A DNA stretch of 64,000 nucleotides from Stegostoma tigrinum (Eukaryota). The notes below the pieces were generated by a model. That model was not told the DNA's origin and did no database searches. It was given only the letters and a program-made list of their open reading frames with translations. Location of the stretch: assembly GCF_030684315.1 (NCBI RefSeq), contig NC_081369.1:10020035-10084034 (forward strand), written 5' to 3'. Positions 24,930 through 37,177 of the stretch are shown in pieces; positions within the stretch are counted from its first letter, which is position 1; each line of letters begins with the position of its first letter. The position numbers and the translations under genes are program-made.

Positions 24930-25966
24930 GATGTCCCAGATGTCCTCGTTCTTCAAGGGCTGCAACATCCCCCCTGCAGTGGTTGAGAACGCCCTCGACC
25001 GTGTCCCCCTAGTCCTCACATACCACCCCACCAACCTCCGGATACAACGCATCATCCAACGACACTTCCGCCATCTACAGTCCAACCCCACCACCAAAGA
25101 CATTTTTCCATCCCCACCCTTGTCTGCCTTCCGGAGAGACCACTCTCTCCGCTACTCCCTTGTCCGCCCCACACTCCCACCATACCCGGCACTTACCCCT
25201 GCAACCGCAGGAAGTGCTCCACCTGCCCCGACACCACCTCCCTCACCCCCATCCCAGGCCCCAAGATGACTTTCCACATCAAGTAGATGTTCACCTGCAC
25301 ATCTGCCAATGTGGTATACTGCACCCGCTGTACACGGTGTGGCTTCCTCTATATTGGGGAAACCAAGCGGAGGCTTGGGGACCGCTTTGCAGAACACCTC
25401 CGCTCAGTTCGCAGTAAAAATACTGCACCTCCCAATAGCGAAACATTTCAACTCCCTCTCCCATTCCTCAGACAACATGTCCATCCTGGGCCTCCTGCAG
25501 TGCCATAATGATGCCATCCTTCGGTTGCAGGAACAACAACTCATATTCCGCTTGGGAACCCTGCAGCTCAATGGCATCAATGTGGATTTCACCAGCTTCA
25601 AAATCTCCCCTCCTCCCACTGCATCCCAAAACCAGCTCTGCTCGTCCTAACCTGCCTAACCTGTTCTTACTCTCACCTATCCCCTCCTCCCACCTCAAGC
25701 TGCACCTCCATTTCCTACCTACTAACCTCATCCAACCCCCTTGACCTGTCCGTTCTCCCCGGACTGGCCTATCCCCTCCCTATCTCCCCACCCATACTCT
25801 CCTCTCTACCTATCTTCTCCTCTATCCAATCTGCAGTCCGCCTCCCCCCTCTCCCTATTTATTCCAGAGCCCCCTCTCTGATGAATGTTCTAGGCCCGAA
25901 ACGTCAGCTTTTGTGCTCCTGAGATGCTGCTTGACCTGCTGTGTTCGTCCAGCCCCACACTTTGTT
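24930..25966 (+). mobile_element. Penelope-like element 3' part (GIY-YIG endonuclease + pLTR)
   Basis: FTCTSANVVYCTRCTRCGFLYIGETKRRLGDRFAEH is a GIY-YIG motif. The pLTR has CTGATGA...GAAACGTC near 25878-25905. Confidence 0.9.
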
Positions 25967-26309
25967 AGCATTAGTATGTTCCACAGCCAGCTGAACTAAC
26001 CATTCCCCAAGGCGGGAATGTTTCTGCGGCAACATGAACAGAACAATGGCAGAGGGCTCCAGATTTATCTCCTTCACATGCTTGTATGTCATTTAGTTGA
26101 TCAGGGATCTCTTTCGTTGTTACTGCCTCTCATTGGTTTGTGATGCAAGGATTTATAATTTAATGTTTACACATTTAGCCATTTTATGGCTACACCTTAC
26201 TCGCCAGCAAGACATGGAGTGTAATTTGAATCTGAAGAATCTGGCTCAGATATTTGGAAGCTGCCATTGTAACACAGGTCTTCTAGAAAGGATTCAAAGA
26301 AAGTAAATA

Positions 26310-27735
26310 TTGGACTATGAAAAGGAGAAACAACTGAAAGTATAATGGAGAATGGGGAAAATAGCAGAGGCATTGAACAGATACGAGACATCTGCCTTCA
26401 CAGTGGAAGACTTCTGAAAAAAGCTGCAGAATCCGGCAACCAAATGTTTTGGAAAAATTAAGAAACTGTACGAAATCTATATAAGTAGAAAATCTAATGT
26501 GATGAAAATGACATTCGTCGTTTGTCACTGAAAATCCACATCATATGGTTTGATAGGAGGTAGAGGCAGAGATTGTTGATGCATTATTGTTTTTCTTCCA
26601 GAATTCCGTTGATTAAATATAATTCATGAGCATCAGTAGGTAGCCGACATAAATTCTGTAACTTAAGAAATGAGCAAATGTTAAAACTGAAGACTGTGGG
26701 CCAAATAATTGAGTATCCATTGGTAAAATGCTAGATGCTATTGGAAGCAGGGTAATTGAGCTTTTAGGAAATCATATGATAAAACAGACTTGACATGAAA
26801 TGAAAGAAAACAGCTTCTTGTGGGAGTTTTGTGAGTACCTAACTAGAAATATTCTTCTGGTTGTTCTTTCTTTTTATTTGAGGTTTCCAAAATGTATTCA
26901 ATTAGTTGATACACAGGTTAATATACAAAGTTAGTACTCATAAGCCTTATATGTATTAGCATGAATTGAGAATTCAATCAAGAAAAGAAAACGCGTTAGG
27001 AAAACCTGGAAATTTTTAGTTTGGCAAGCTATAGCTGAGAGGGTTCCACATGGATCAAAACTTGAGTCTCAGCCATTTAGAATACGTACTAGTCATTTGG
27101 ATGAGGGGATTGAACATAAAACGTCCAGGTTTGCTGATGATGAAAGGTTTAGGTGAGAAATTTAGAGGGTGTGTGAACACAGGGAAAACTGCAAATGAAA
27201 AGATGGACACATTGGGTGAGTGAGTAACAAGACAGTTGGTGGAAGACAATGTGAAAGTGAACTTATTCCTTTGGCAGTTATTCCTCGAGCCTAAAGTGTG
27301 GGGCAGTTTTGGTCTTCTTACTGAAGTAAGGGCACTGAAGTCCACAACAGAAAAAGAGAATTGTCCTTAAGACGTTCAATAGGCCCATCCTTTACGGCCT
27401 AGAATTAGGAAGACTTGAGACTTGATCTAATTGAAACATGCAAAATATTTTTAAGACAGTGGCCAGGGTAGAACGTGTTCCTCCTGCGTGAGGGCTCTGA
27501 ACAAACGTCAGCCACTTTGGAATTTTAGGGGCAGTGAATGCCCAGTAGTTGTATGTAGTCACGATTGAGATTAATAATCTCGGGATATCAGGGAAATAAA
27601 TGGAGATTGGGTGCAGGAGTGAACGGATAAGTGGATATTGCGTGAAGCTGACTTTGGTGTCGATCAGTTGGAGTTGTGTTGAATACTAAAGTAGGCTTGA
27701 AGCATCAACTGCTCTCGCCCAGCTTCTACTTACAT
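26310..27735 (+). mobile_element. highly degenerate CR1-type LINE
   Basis: Remnants such as aggtttgctgatga (FADD region), aaaatgctagatgctatt and a CR1-like 3' end. Confidence 0.6.
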
Positions 27736-27749
27736 CCCTTTTGTTTTAC

Positions 27750-30480
27750 ATTGTCTCCGTTAGCCAAACGGCGCACTTGCCGTTCTGTCTACGAAAAATC
27801 TACGCTGTAAACAATTCACTTTCAGCAATATAAAACATTCTTCTGTTCAAACACAACAGGCAGCTATGGACGAGAGACTCATAACTGGGTTGACTACGTA
27901 GTCGGCCAATTCTCCAGATTTTGAACCTACAGTATTGGATCAAACTCATCACATCCCACATTTACAATGAAGGGTTAGATTTCGGGCTGGAAGCGATTTT
28001 ATGAAAGCTGGTTATTGGTTTAGATAATAAATTATAGGGAACAGCGTGGATCACAACTTAAGTAGCCAGTCTCACCGCTGATTCGAACGACGTTTAAAGC
28101 TACAAGGACGCAAAATCAGATCTTGCGTTTTCTTACCCAATTATCATCTACTCGTTTGAACTGTTCCTCTGGAGTTCGGTCAAGCTTTGAAACACTGATG
28201 TAAAGCGAGTGGGGTTGAACCCTCTGAATAGTTAACGATTTTGGGAGGAACATGCATGTGACACGAAGCTGAATGGTTAAAGTTTTAACATTTAGATACC
28301 AAATATTCTGTTTTGACAGCTGCGTCCCCTTACATTTTAGGGGTTCGAAGTGCTTGCTGTCTAGATTTGAGACCAAGCAAAGATTGACAGACCACACGCA
28401 TACATGTTCAGACGCGGCAAACAAGCCTTTCGGAGAATTAAAACAACGAATTACAGTTGAACGTCTGAAACAAAAGCAGACATTGCTAGCGAACCTCTGG
28501 CAGCCTTTGTGGAGACAAAGTGTAGTTAACGTGTCTGTCTAGTGACTCTCCTTCAGGACTGAAGCTCTTCGTGCCGTTTTTATACGGGGTGATTCGCCCG
28601 CTCTTGAATATCTCTCCCGAAAAAAAATCCACTGCTTCAGCATAGTTTCAAATAGTGGTTCGAACTACGCTTTGGGAAGGCAATTATCCTATGTACAATC
28701 TTGGAACTTCAGTGTTTGGTAATGTATTTCTTTTAACACAAGGGTTTGAGAGTCAGGGAGTCGTACATAAGCACAGCACGGAACAGGCCCTTGGATTCTA
28801 CTTGTCAAAACTGATCAGATATCCTAAATTAATCCAGTCTCATTCGCCCTCATTTAGCTCGTCCAAAACCTTCCTATTTATATACCTGCCCAGACGCTTT
28901 TCAACTGCTGTAAATTCCTAGCCTCCCGACTTTCTGTGGCAGTTAATTCCACACACACACACCACACTCTCCATGAAAACGTTGGCCCTTACGTCCTTCT
29001 AAATCTTTCCCCTCTCGCTTTGACTGAGATTTGGAACCTGGCGCAGGATCCAACGTGATCCATTTTACACACAGGATAATAATTCAATTACTGTATATAC
29101 ACAGCCAAATTTATTCGCGATTCTCTCTGCGCACTTCGTATTTCCGCTAACTTTTATTACCGTTGAAATTGCCCGTTTAACACAACTGCACCAATTCAGA
29201 ATCCGTTCCAGCGGCCCTTAACTGTTTTGCGTACAGTAGGAATTCGCAGAAAGAGCAGGTGTGCAGTGTGTTTGTTAAATAGCGAGACGTTGGAAAATGT
29301 AGGTGTTCAACGGTGCCTTGCTGTCATCGTCAATAAATCACTGAAGGCTAACATGCAGATAAAATAAGCTTGCGGGAAGGCAGAAAGAACTTTAGCCTTT
29401 ATAGCAAGAGGATGTGTATACAGGGTTGTTGAATCTTTAATTTCATTACGAAAGAAATTAGTTTATATCACGGATGAATTAGAAATACTGGCTCAGCCAG
29501 CAACACACTCATCCCATGAATGAATGAAGCATAAAAAAAAAACACATCTGGAGTACCATGTGCAGTTTCGGACTGCTTAACTCTGGAAAGATGATATCTC
29601 CTCAGTGGCAGTACAACCAAGTGTCACCAGACTTGTTCCCAGGGTGGCTAGATTATCTAATGAAGAGAGATTGGGCAAACTGGACCCATATTCCTTGGCG
29701 TCATACACAAGGAGAGGTGATCGCATTCAAAACTGCAAAATACTTGAAGGGATGGACAGAATATTTGCAGATAAGATGTTTCCACTGGCTGGAGTGTCTA
29801 GAATCAGGAAACAGGACTTAAAATAAAAGGGGATGCTACTTATGTCTGAGACGAAGTGAAACTTTTTTTTAACTCAAGGGTTGATTATCCATGAAGTCTC
29901 ATGGGGGACTGTGGAAGCTCAGTCTTTAAGTACGCAGACAGAGATAAACTGCTGATTTCACAGAGTGGTATGGGTTATAATTAAAATTCGCAATAACAGT
30001 TCAGCGCCACTGGAAGAGATTCTGAATTGCTGTTATATTAAACAAATAATCTCAACGATAATACAACTCGGCAGAGATGCAAATGGCGTACACAGATTTT
30101 CTATTATATTTTGTGAATGAAATCAAGACAGAGGTGCCGCAGAAGCAGTCAATTTGGTCAGTGCCTGATGTTCAGCAATGGAGCAATGCCTTAGGTCGGT
30201 GGAATGCCAAAATCTGTAATTACTTTGAAACTCCTACATGTTGTAGACTATGCCGACACCGAATTCGGGAAAATAATGCTGTTGACCAGCTGGAATTTTA
30301 AATAAACACGATCAACCATTTCTCTCCAGATCCCTTACCGGAAAGAAAATTCCTAATTATTTCTATGGTCAGGATAAGGAAAACTCTTTACGGTAGTCTA
30401 TAAAAGGTAGTTTTTCCACCTTCCTGTGCTCATATTATTCAGACCCTTTAAAAAATCCCGCTTAAATAATAGCTTCAGAA
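27750..30480 (+). repeat. segmental duplication copy B
   Basis: Collinear with 20270-22905. Both copies end at taatagcttcagaa. Copy B has ~210 extra bp near 28330-28540. Confidence 0.92.
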
Positions 30481-32503
30481 TAAAGTTGTTTGATACAAGA
30501 GGGCGAGTTCCTTGAAATATAAACCGCGCCCTGCAGTAAGAAGCGTTAGGAAAATGCCACTGAAACTTAACCGGTAGAAAAATCTCTCAAAGACGAAGTG
30601 AGAGAGAGCTATAATAAAATGAATCAATGTTATCAATTACAGCATTTCCAACGATCAAACGTCTGCAAACAATTTTCAACTAATCTCAGTAAAACCAAGC
30701 GGTGAAATAGGAAGGCAAACATCAAACTGATCTTTTCTTTCCAGATCCTAACTGAGGTCTCCGGTATCCCCTGCAATTTCCATTCATTTCCACTATCCAG
30801 CAATTGCATTTCTCATTTTAATTTTTGCACTAATTCGAGTGTGATGTTGAGCTTGTCAGAGTCTGCTGAGTGTATGTTAGAACAGAATCTTGGAATCCCA
30901 ATCCAATGCTCCTCTATTTTTCAGCCTTCCAATATCAAAGTCTTTCTTAAACAAAGCAGTCCGCAGTCATTCTATACAACAAAAGCGTACAGAAGCGAAA
31001 TGGGAATACCTGAGAGTTCTCAATTCTCCCAAATTGCTCTGAAGTGTTGCAACTATTGAAGAATCACTTCCTGTATACTGCCAAACGTGACGGCTGAGGA
31101 GACAAAGATGTTTCTTTCCCAAGTTTCCTTATTATATTTTATATCCGTTAAAGAAATGTTGCAAAAGGGAAAAATAGGCTTTTTTAGTGGGGTGGTCGAA
31201 GATTGCATGATGACGCCTACTGGAATAGATCTAACCAAAGTTGGCAACGCTTACAATTTGAACCAATTTAAATAATGTATTTAAGGTGAAAGTATTTAAG
31301 TATGAGGGAGAAGGAAATAGAAGGATCTGGTGATAGTGAGATGAACTAATGGGAGGAGATTCAAGTGGAGCATTGACCTGTGGACGAAATGTTATGTTCC
31401 AGTGCTATAAACTGTGTTTAACACCAAGATATCCAAAATCTCTGATGGCCTATTAGCCATTGCTCAGTTAGCATGTTGCTTTCAACAGTCAACTGTAGCA
31501 GGTAGTAGTGTCTTCCGCATGGAGACAAGTGTTCATAGGGTCTATCAGTCAGAAACACGGATAATTAAACATCACTATGTTCAAATATTCCTCTTCCAAC
31601 AAAAAAAATGGTGGAGGCAAATCCAAAGAAAGGTTTGGATAATAGAATGGGACAAAAAGAACGTTGTTGTTTCCTGGACCTATGTTTTGATTATGTCTGG
31701 CTGTTGGTCAGACAGTGAAAATGGAACAAATTGTCCACATGTCTCTTATATCACAGCGTCTCAGCATAGTCCGAAGTTTAAGCCATGATAGCGGTATGGT
31801 TTCCATCAAAATTACATAGAAAGGAACAACTTTGGTGTGAAGTAGGTTCAAGAATGTAACCTTTAAGTTCTTTCTTCAAATACTATAAGTTGATGGGGTA
31901 TATGTTGAATCATGTCATTAACGATAAGAATCATTTGCGAAATTAAATTGTGCAATCGTAATTTAACTCCTAGTTGAAAGCACCGACCAAAATTTGTCAC
32001 GCATGGAACTATTGATCACACTAACAAATTGGTGATGCATTACAGTGTAAAATGGCATTCTAAGCATAAGGCATGCTGTTCACAAGGTCGATACAAATAA
32101 AAGTGATTGGTCCATCTTCGCCTACAGACATCCAGAGAGGCATAATGATCCTCCAATCAAGCTAACCAATTGAGTTCTAAATTAAATGGGTTTCAGCATA
32201 TTGTCCATAGAATGTTATGCAAAAACATCAAAAAGAAGTGTACAATGTTTAGCATCCCGAAGACATTGCAAAGCACCTCAAAAGCAATTTTATTTTGAAA
32301 TATATTTCAATCATGGAAATAAACAACACAATGATTTGGTTTTGGAGGTGTTGGATGGTTGAAGGTTAAATTTTGACCGAGATGTGGGGAAAACTCCTAC
32401 TTTAAATACTTGAACATGGTGACAGGATCCCCAAAATGCAGATGGAGCTCTGGTTTAATATTTCATTCAAAAGAAAGTGGCCACAAAATTCAGTTATGAT
32501 TCA

Positions 32504-32729
32504 GAGATAGTGGGAACTGCAGATGCTGGAGAATCCAAGATAACAAAGTGTGAAGCTGGATGAACACGGCATGCCAAGCAGCATCTCAGGAGCACAAAAG
32601 TTGACGTTTCGGGCCTAGACCCTTCATCAGAGATCTCTGATGAAGGGTCTAGGCCCGAAACGTCAGCATTTGTGCTCCTGAGATGCTGCTTGGCATGCTG
32701 TGTTCATCCAGCTTCACACTTTGTTATCT
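32504..32729. mobile_element. 226-bp non-autonomous palindromic Penelope-derived element
   Basis: 96-bp inverted arms (32538-32633 / 32634-32729) with no spacer. 13-bp TSD cagttatgattca at 32491-32503 and 32730-32742. Confidence 0.9.
32637..32664 (+). ncRNA. minimal type I hammerhead ribozyme motif (mirror copy on minus at 32603-32630)
   Basis: CTGATGA - stem II (gggtc/ggccc) - GAAA - CGTC, with palindromic ACGT in place of stem III as in Penelope-associated minimal hammerheads. Local stem I is only ~2 bp. Confidence 0.6.
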
Positions 32730-33858
32730 CAGTTATGATTCATCTTTTTTCCTGGCTATATGCGCCCTTTGGTGACACATGTGCTCTTCCAGTGCAGCCC
32801 ATACCAAACAATATTTTGGTGATGTTATTAGCAATGGCTTTCACAGATAGATAGATCATGGCATCAATCAGCAGCAAGTATCAGTTTTGACCTCAAGGCT
32901 TCATGCAATGCCCATTTTTAACCTCACACAGTTGAACATGTGTTCAGGAATAGAAAGGATCACAACAGCAGTATTAAAAGCAATCAGCTATTTTTACGTT
33001 AATTGCTGACTGAATCTTCTATTTGTTGCGGAGTTAGAAGTGGTTCATGGTTTACACAGTTACATAAAGTTGTTGAGTCCGCTGAGATGGATGTGGCACA
33101 TGGTAAAGGCCTTTCTTCTCACTTCAAGAGTTTTGTTCATGCTCCTAACATGACAGGAGAATCAGCAGAAATGGAACAGGGGAAGACTAGCTGAAGAGAC
33201 AAATGAAGGAAGAGGATAGAGAAGTCCATTTCATCTTCAGGGAACACTAATCTTAACACAATGTCACTGAGGATGTGTGTGGAAAATATCTTCATTTTCT
33301 CAAGAAAGTGCTCACAGCAATCAGGTGCCTCTTGTAAGCAGACCAGAAACTTCAGGCATGGAAGGTATTGTCAGTGGCCATGGCCATGAATGTCATACAG
33401 CAAGATCCTTCAGAATAAAGAAGGCAAAAGCTTTACCATCTCCTCATTTGTCTTCAATTATTGTGCAAGAGTGGTGATTGATACCCATAATGCCTGGTGA
33501 AGGTGATAAATAACATTATTTTGTACCAGATCAGAGCAGCTTCAACATTTAAGCCAAAATACCAAACCAAAGGATCACTCCTGGCAAAAGAGAAAAATCT
33601 ACTGATGGCCTGTCTTTTGGTTCTGGAATGCAATGCAACCAGGTGATAATGGTATTGAACAACACTTTTAGAAGAAAAATGGCTGAATAAACCACAAGAT
33701 GCCTCAAGCAATACATTACTGTACCAACACTACTCTGTAGGAACCCTGCAGTACTCGCCTGAACACATCATGATTCGCCCACTCACATCCACGCCTCCTG
33801 TGACACTTTACACCAGCCTGAGAATTATCAAATTGTCGGCTCCAACTGCCTTCTTTTT

Positions 33859-35544
33859 GGATGTGCTCGCTGAGCTGGAAGGTTAGTTTTCAGACGTTTC
33901 ATCACCATTCTAGGTAACATCATCAGTGAGCCTCCGACGAAGCACTGGTGTTATGTCCCACTTTCTATTGATATGTTTAGGTTTCCTTGGGTTGGTGATG
34001 TCATTTCCTGTGTTGGTGATGTCATTTCCTGTTCTTTTTCTCAGGGGATGGTAGATTGGCTCCAAATCAATGTGTTTGTTGATGGAGTTCCGGTTGGAAT
34101 GCCATGCTTCTAGGAATTCCGTGCATGTCTCTGTTTGGCTTGTCCTAGGATGGATGTGTTGTCCCAATCAAAGTGGTCTCCTTCCTCATCTGTATGTAAG
34201 GATATGAGTGATAGTGGGTCATGTCGTTTTGTGGCTAGTTGATGTCCATGTATCCTGGTGGCTAGCTTTCTGCCTGTTTGTCCAATGTAGTGTTTGTCAC
34301 AGTTCTTGCAAGATATTTTGTAGATGACGTTCCTTTTGCTTGTTGTCTGCAGAGGGTCTTTTAAGTTCATTAGCTGCTGTTTTAGTGTGTTGGTGGGTTT
34401 GTGGGCTACCCTGATGCCAAGAGGTCAGAGTAGTCTGGCAGTCATTTTGGAAATGTCTTTGATGTAGGGGAGAGTGGTTATGGTTTCTGGGCTCGTTTTG
34501 TCTGTTTGTTTGGGTTTGTTGCTGAGAAATCGGCGGACTGTGTTCATAGGGCACCCATTCTTTTTGAATACGCTGTATAGGTGATTTTCTTCTGCTGTTC
34601 GTAGTTCTTCTGTGCTGCAGTGTGTGGTGGCTCGTTGGAACAATGTTCTAATGCAGCTTCGTTTGTGGGTGTTGGGATGGTTGCTCCTGTAGTTTCCATC
34701 CCAACACCCACAAACGAAGCTGCATTAGAACATTATTCCAATGAGCCACCACACACTGCAGCACAGAAGAACTATGAACAGCAGAAGAAAATCACCTATA
34801 CAGCGTATTCAAAAAGAATGGGTACTCAATGAACACAGTCCGCCGATTTCTCAGCAACAAACCCAAACAAACAGACAAAACGAGCCCAGAAACCATAACC
34901 ACTCTCCCCTATATCAAAGACATTTCCAAAATGACTGCCAGACTACTCTGACCTCTTGGCATCAGGGTAGCCCACAAACCCACCAACACACTAAAACAGC
35001 AGCTAATGAACTTAAAAGACCCTCTGCAGACAACAAGCAAAATGAACGTCATCTACAAAATACCTTGCAAGAACTGTAACAAACACTACATTGGATAAAC
35101 AGGCAGAAAGCTAGCCACCAGGATACATGAACATCAACTAGCCACAAAATGACATGACCCACTATCACTCATATCCTTACATACAGATGAGGAAGGAGAC
35201 CACTTTGATTGGGACAACACATCCATCCTAGGACAAGCCAAACAGAGACATGCACGAGAATTCCTAGAAGCATGACATTCCAACCGGAACTCCATCAACA
35301 AACACATTGATTTGGAGCCAATCTACCATCCCCTGAGAAAAAGAACAGGAATGACATCACCAACGCAGGAAATGACACCACCAACCCAAGGAAACCTAAA
35401 CATATAAATAGAAAGTGGGACATAACACCAGCGCTTTGTTGGAGGCTCACTGATGATGTTACCTGGAATGGTGACAAAACGTCTGAAAACTAACCTTCCA
35501 GCTCAGCGAGCAAACTCACATCCAGAACCTCAACCTGAGCTTCA
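33859..35544. mobile_element. Penelope-like element (second family) as a 1.7-kb palindrome
   Basis: Arms ~33859-34680 (minus) and ~34696-35524 (plus) with a 15-nt spacer. Each arm encodes NVIYKIxCKNCxKHYIGxTGRKLATRI (GIY-YIG). 12-bp TSD tgccttcttttt at 33847-33858 and 35545-35556. Confidence 0.92.
33890..33929 (-). ncRNA. minimal type I hammerhead ribozyme motif
   Basis: Minus strand reads tca-CTGATGA-tgttacc-tagaat-ggtgat-GAAA-CGTC-tga: 3-bp stem I, stem II and a palindromic ACGT stem III. Confidence 0.65.
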
Positions 35545-35580
35545 TGCCTTCTTTTTATCATGGAACTGCAATTCCTTTCC

Positions 35581-37177
35581 ATAGAGCATAGAACATTACA
35601 GCGCAGTACAGGCCCTTTTGCCCTCGATGTTGCGCAGACCTGCGAAATCAAACTGAAGTCCATCTAACCTACACTATTCCATTATTATCCATATTGTCAT
35701 CCAATGACCATTTAAATGCCCTTAAACTTGGTGAGTCTATTATTGTTGCAGGCAGGGCATTCCACATCCTTACTACTGTCTGACTAAAGAACCTACTTCT
35801 GGCATCTGTCCTATATCTATCACCCCTCAATTTAAAGCTATGTCCCCTCATGCTAGCCATCTGCATCTCATTGTCCACCCTATCTAATCTTCTGATCATC
35901 TTGTGTCTCTCCTGGTCACCTCTTAACCTTTTTCTCTCTAATGAACACAGCCTTAGGTCCCTCAGCCTTTCCTCATAAGGCCCTTCCTCCATACCAGGCA
36001 ACGTCCTGGTAAATCATCTCTGCACCTTTTCCAATGCATCCACATCCTTCCTATAATGCGGCATCCAGAACAGTATGCAATAGTCCAAGTGCTAATGCAC
36101 CAGAGTTTTGTACAGCTGCAACATGACCTCATGGCTTAGAAACTCAATCTCTCTTGCAATAAAACCTAACACACTGTACGCCTTCTCAACAACCCTATCA
36201 ACTTGGATGGCAACTTTCAGGGATCTATTAACATGGACATCAAGATCTCTCTGCTCATCCACACTACTAAGAATCTTACCATTAGCCCAGTACTCTGTAT
36301 TCCTGTTACTCCTTCCAAAGTGAATCACCTCACACTTTTCTGCATTAAACTCCATTTGCCACCTCTCAGCCCATTTCTGCAGCTTAACTATGTCCCTCTG
36401 AACCAGCAACATCCTTCTGCACTATCCACAAATCCACCAACTTTAGTGTCACCTGCAAATTTACTCACCCATCCTTCTATGCCCTCATCCAGGTAATTTA
36501 TAAAAATGACAAAGAGCAGTGGCTCCAAAACAGATCCTTGTGGTACACCACTAGTAACTGAACTCCAGGATGAACATTTCCCATCAACCACCACCCCGTC
36601 TTCTTCCAACTAGTCAATTTTTGATCCTAACTGCGAAATCACCCTCCATCCCATTACTCCATATTTTATGCAAAGGCCTACCCTATGGAGCCTTATCGAA
36701 TGCTTTACCGAACTCCATATACATCACATCAACTGCTTTACCCTCATCCACCTGTTTAGTCACCTTCTCAAAGAACTCAATATGGTTTGTGAGGCACGAC
36801 CTACCCTTCACAAAACTGTGTTGACTATCCCTAATCAAATTATTCCTTTCTTGCTGATTATAAATCCTATCTCTTATAATCCTTTCCAACACTTTGCCCA
36901 CAACTGAAGTAAGGCTCACTGGTCTGTAATTACCGGATTGCCCCTCCTCCCCTTCTTGAACAAGAAGACAACAATTGCTATCCTCCAGTTTTCTGGCACT
37001 ATTCCTGAAGATAATGACAACATAAAGATCAAAGCCAAAGACTCTATAATTGCCTCCGTGGCTTCCCAGATAATGCTAGGATACATCCCATCCGGCCCAG
37101 GGGACTTATCTATTTTCACATCTTCCAGAATTGCCAACACCTCCTCTTTGTGAACCTCAATCCCGTCTAGTCTAATA
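35581..37177 (-). mobile_element. CR1-type LINE, 5'-truncated
   Basis: [61 protein letters not shown], with a (catagaa)-type tail. Confidence 0.93.
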
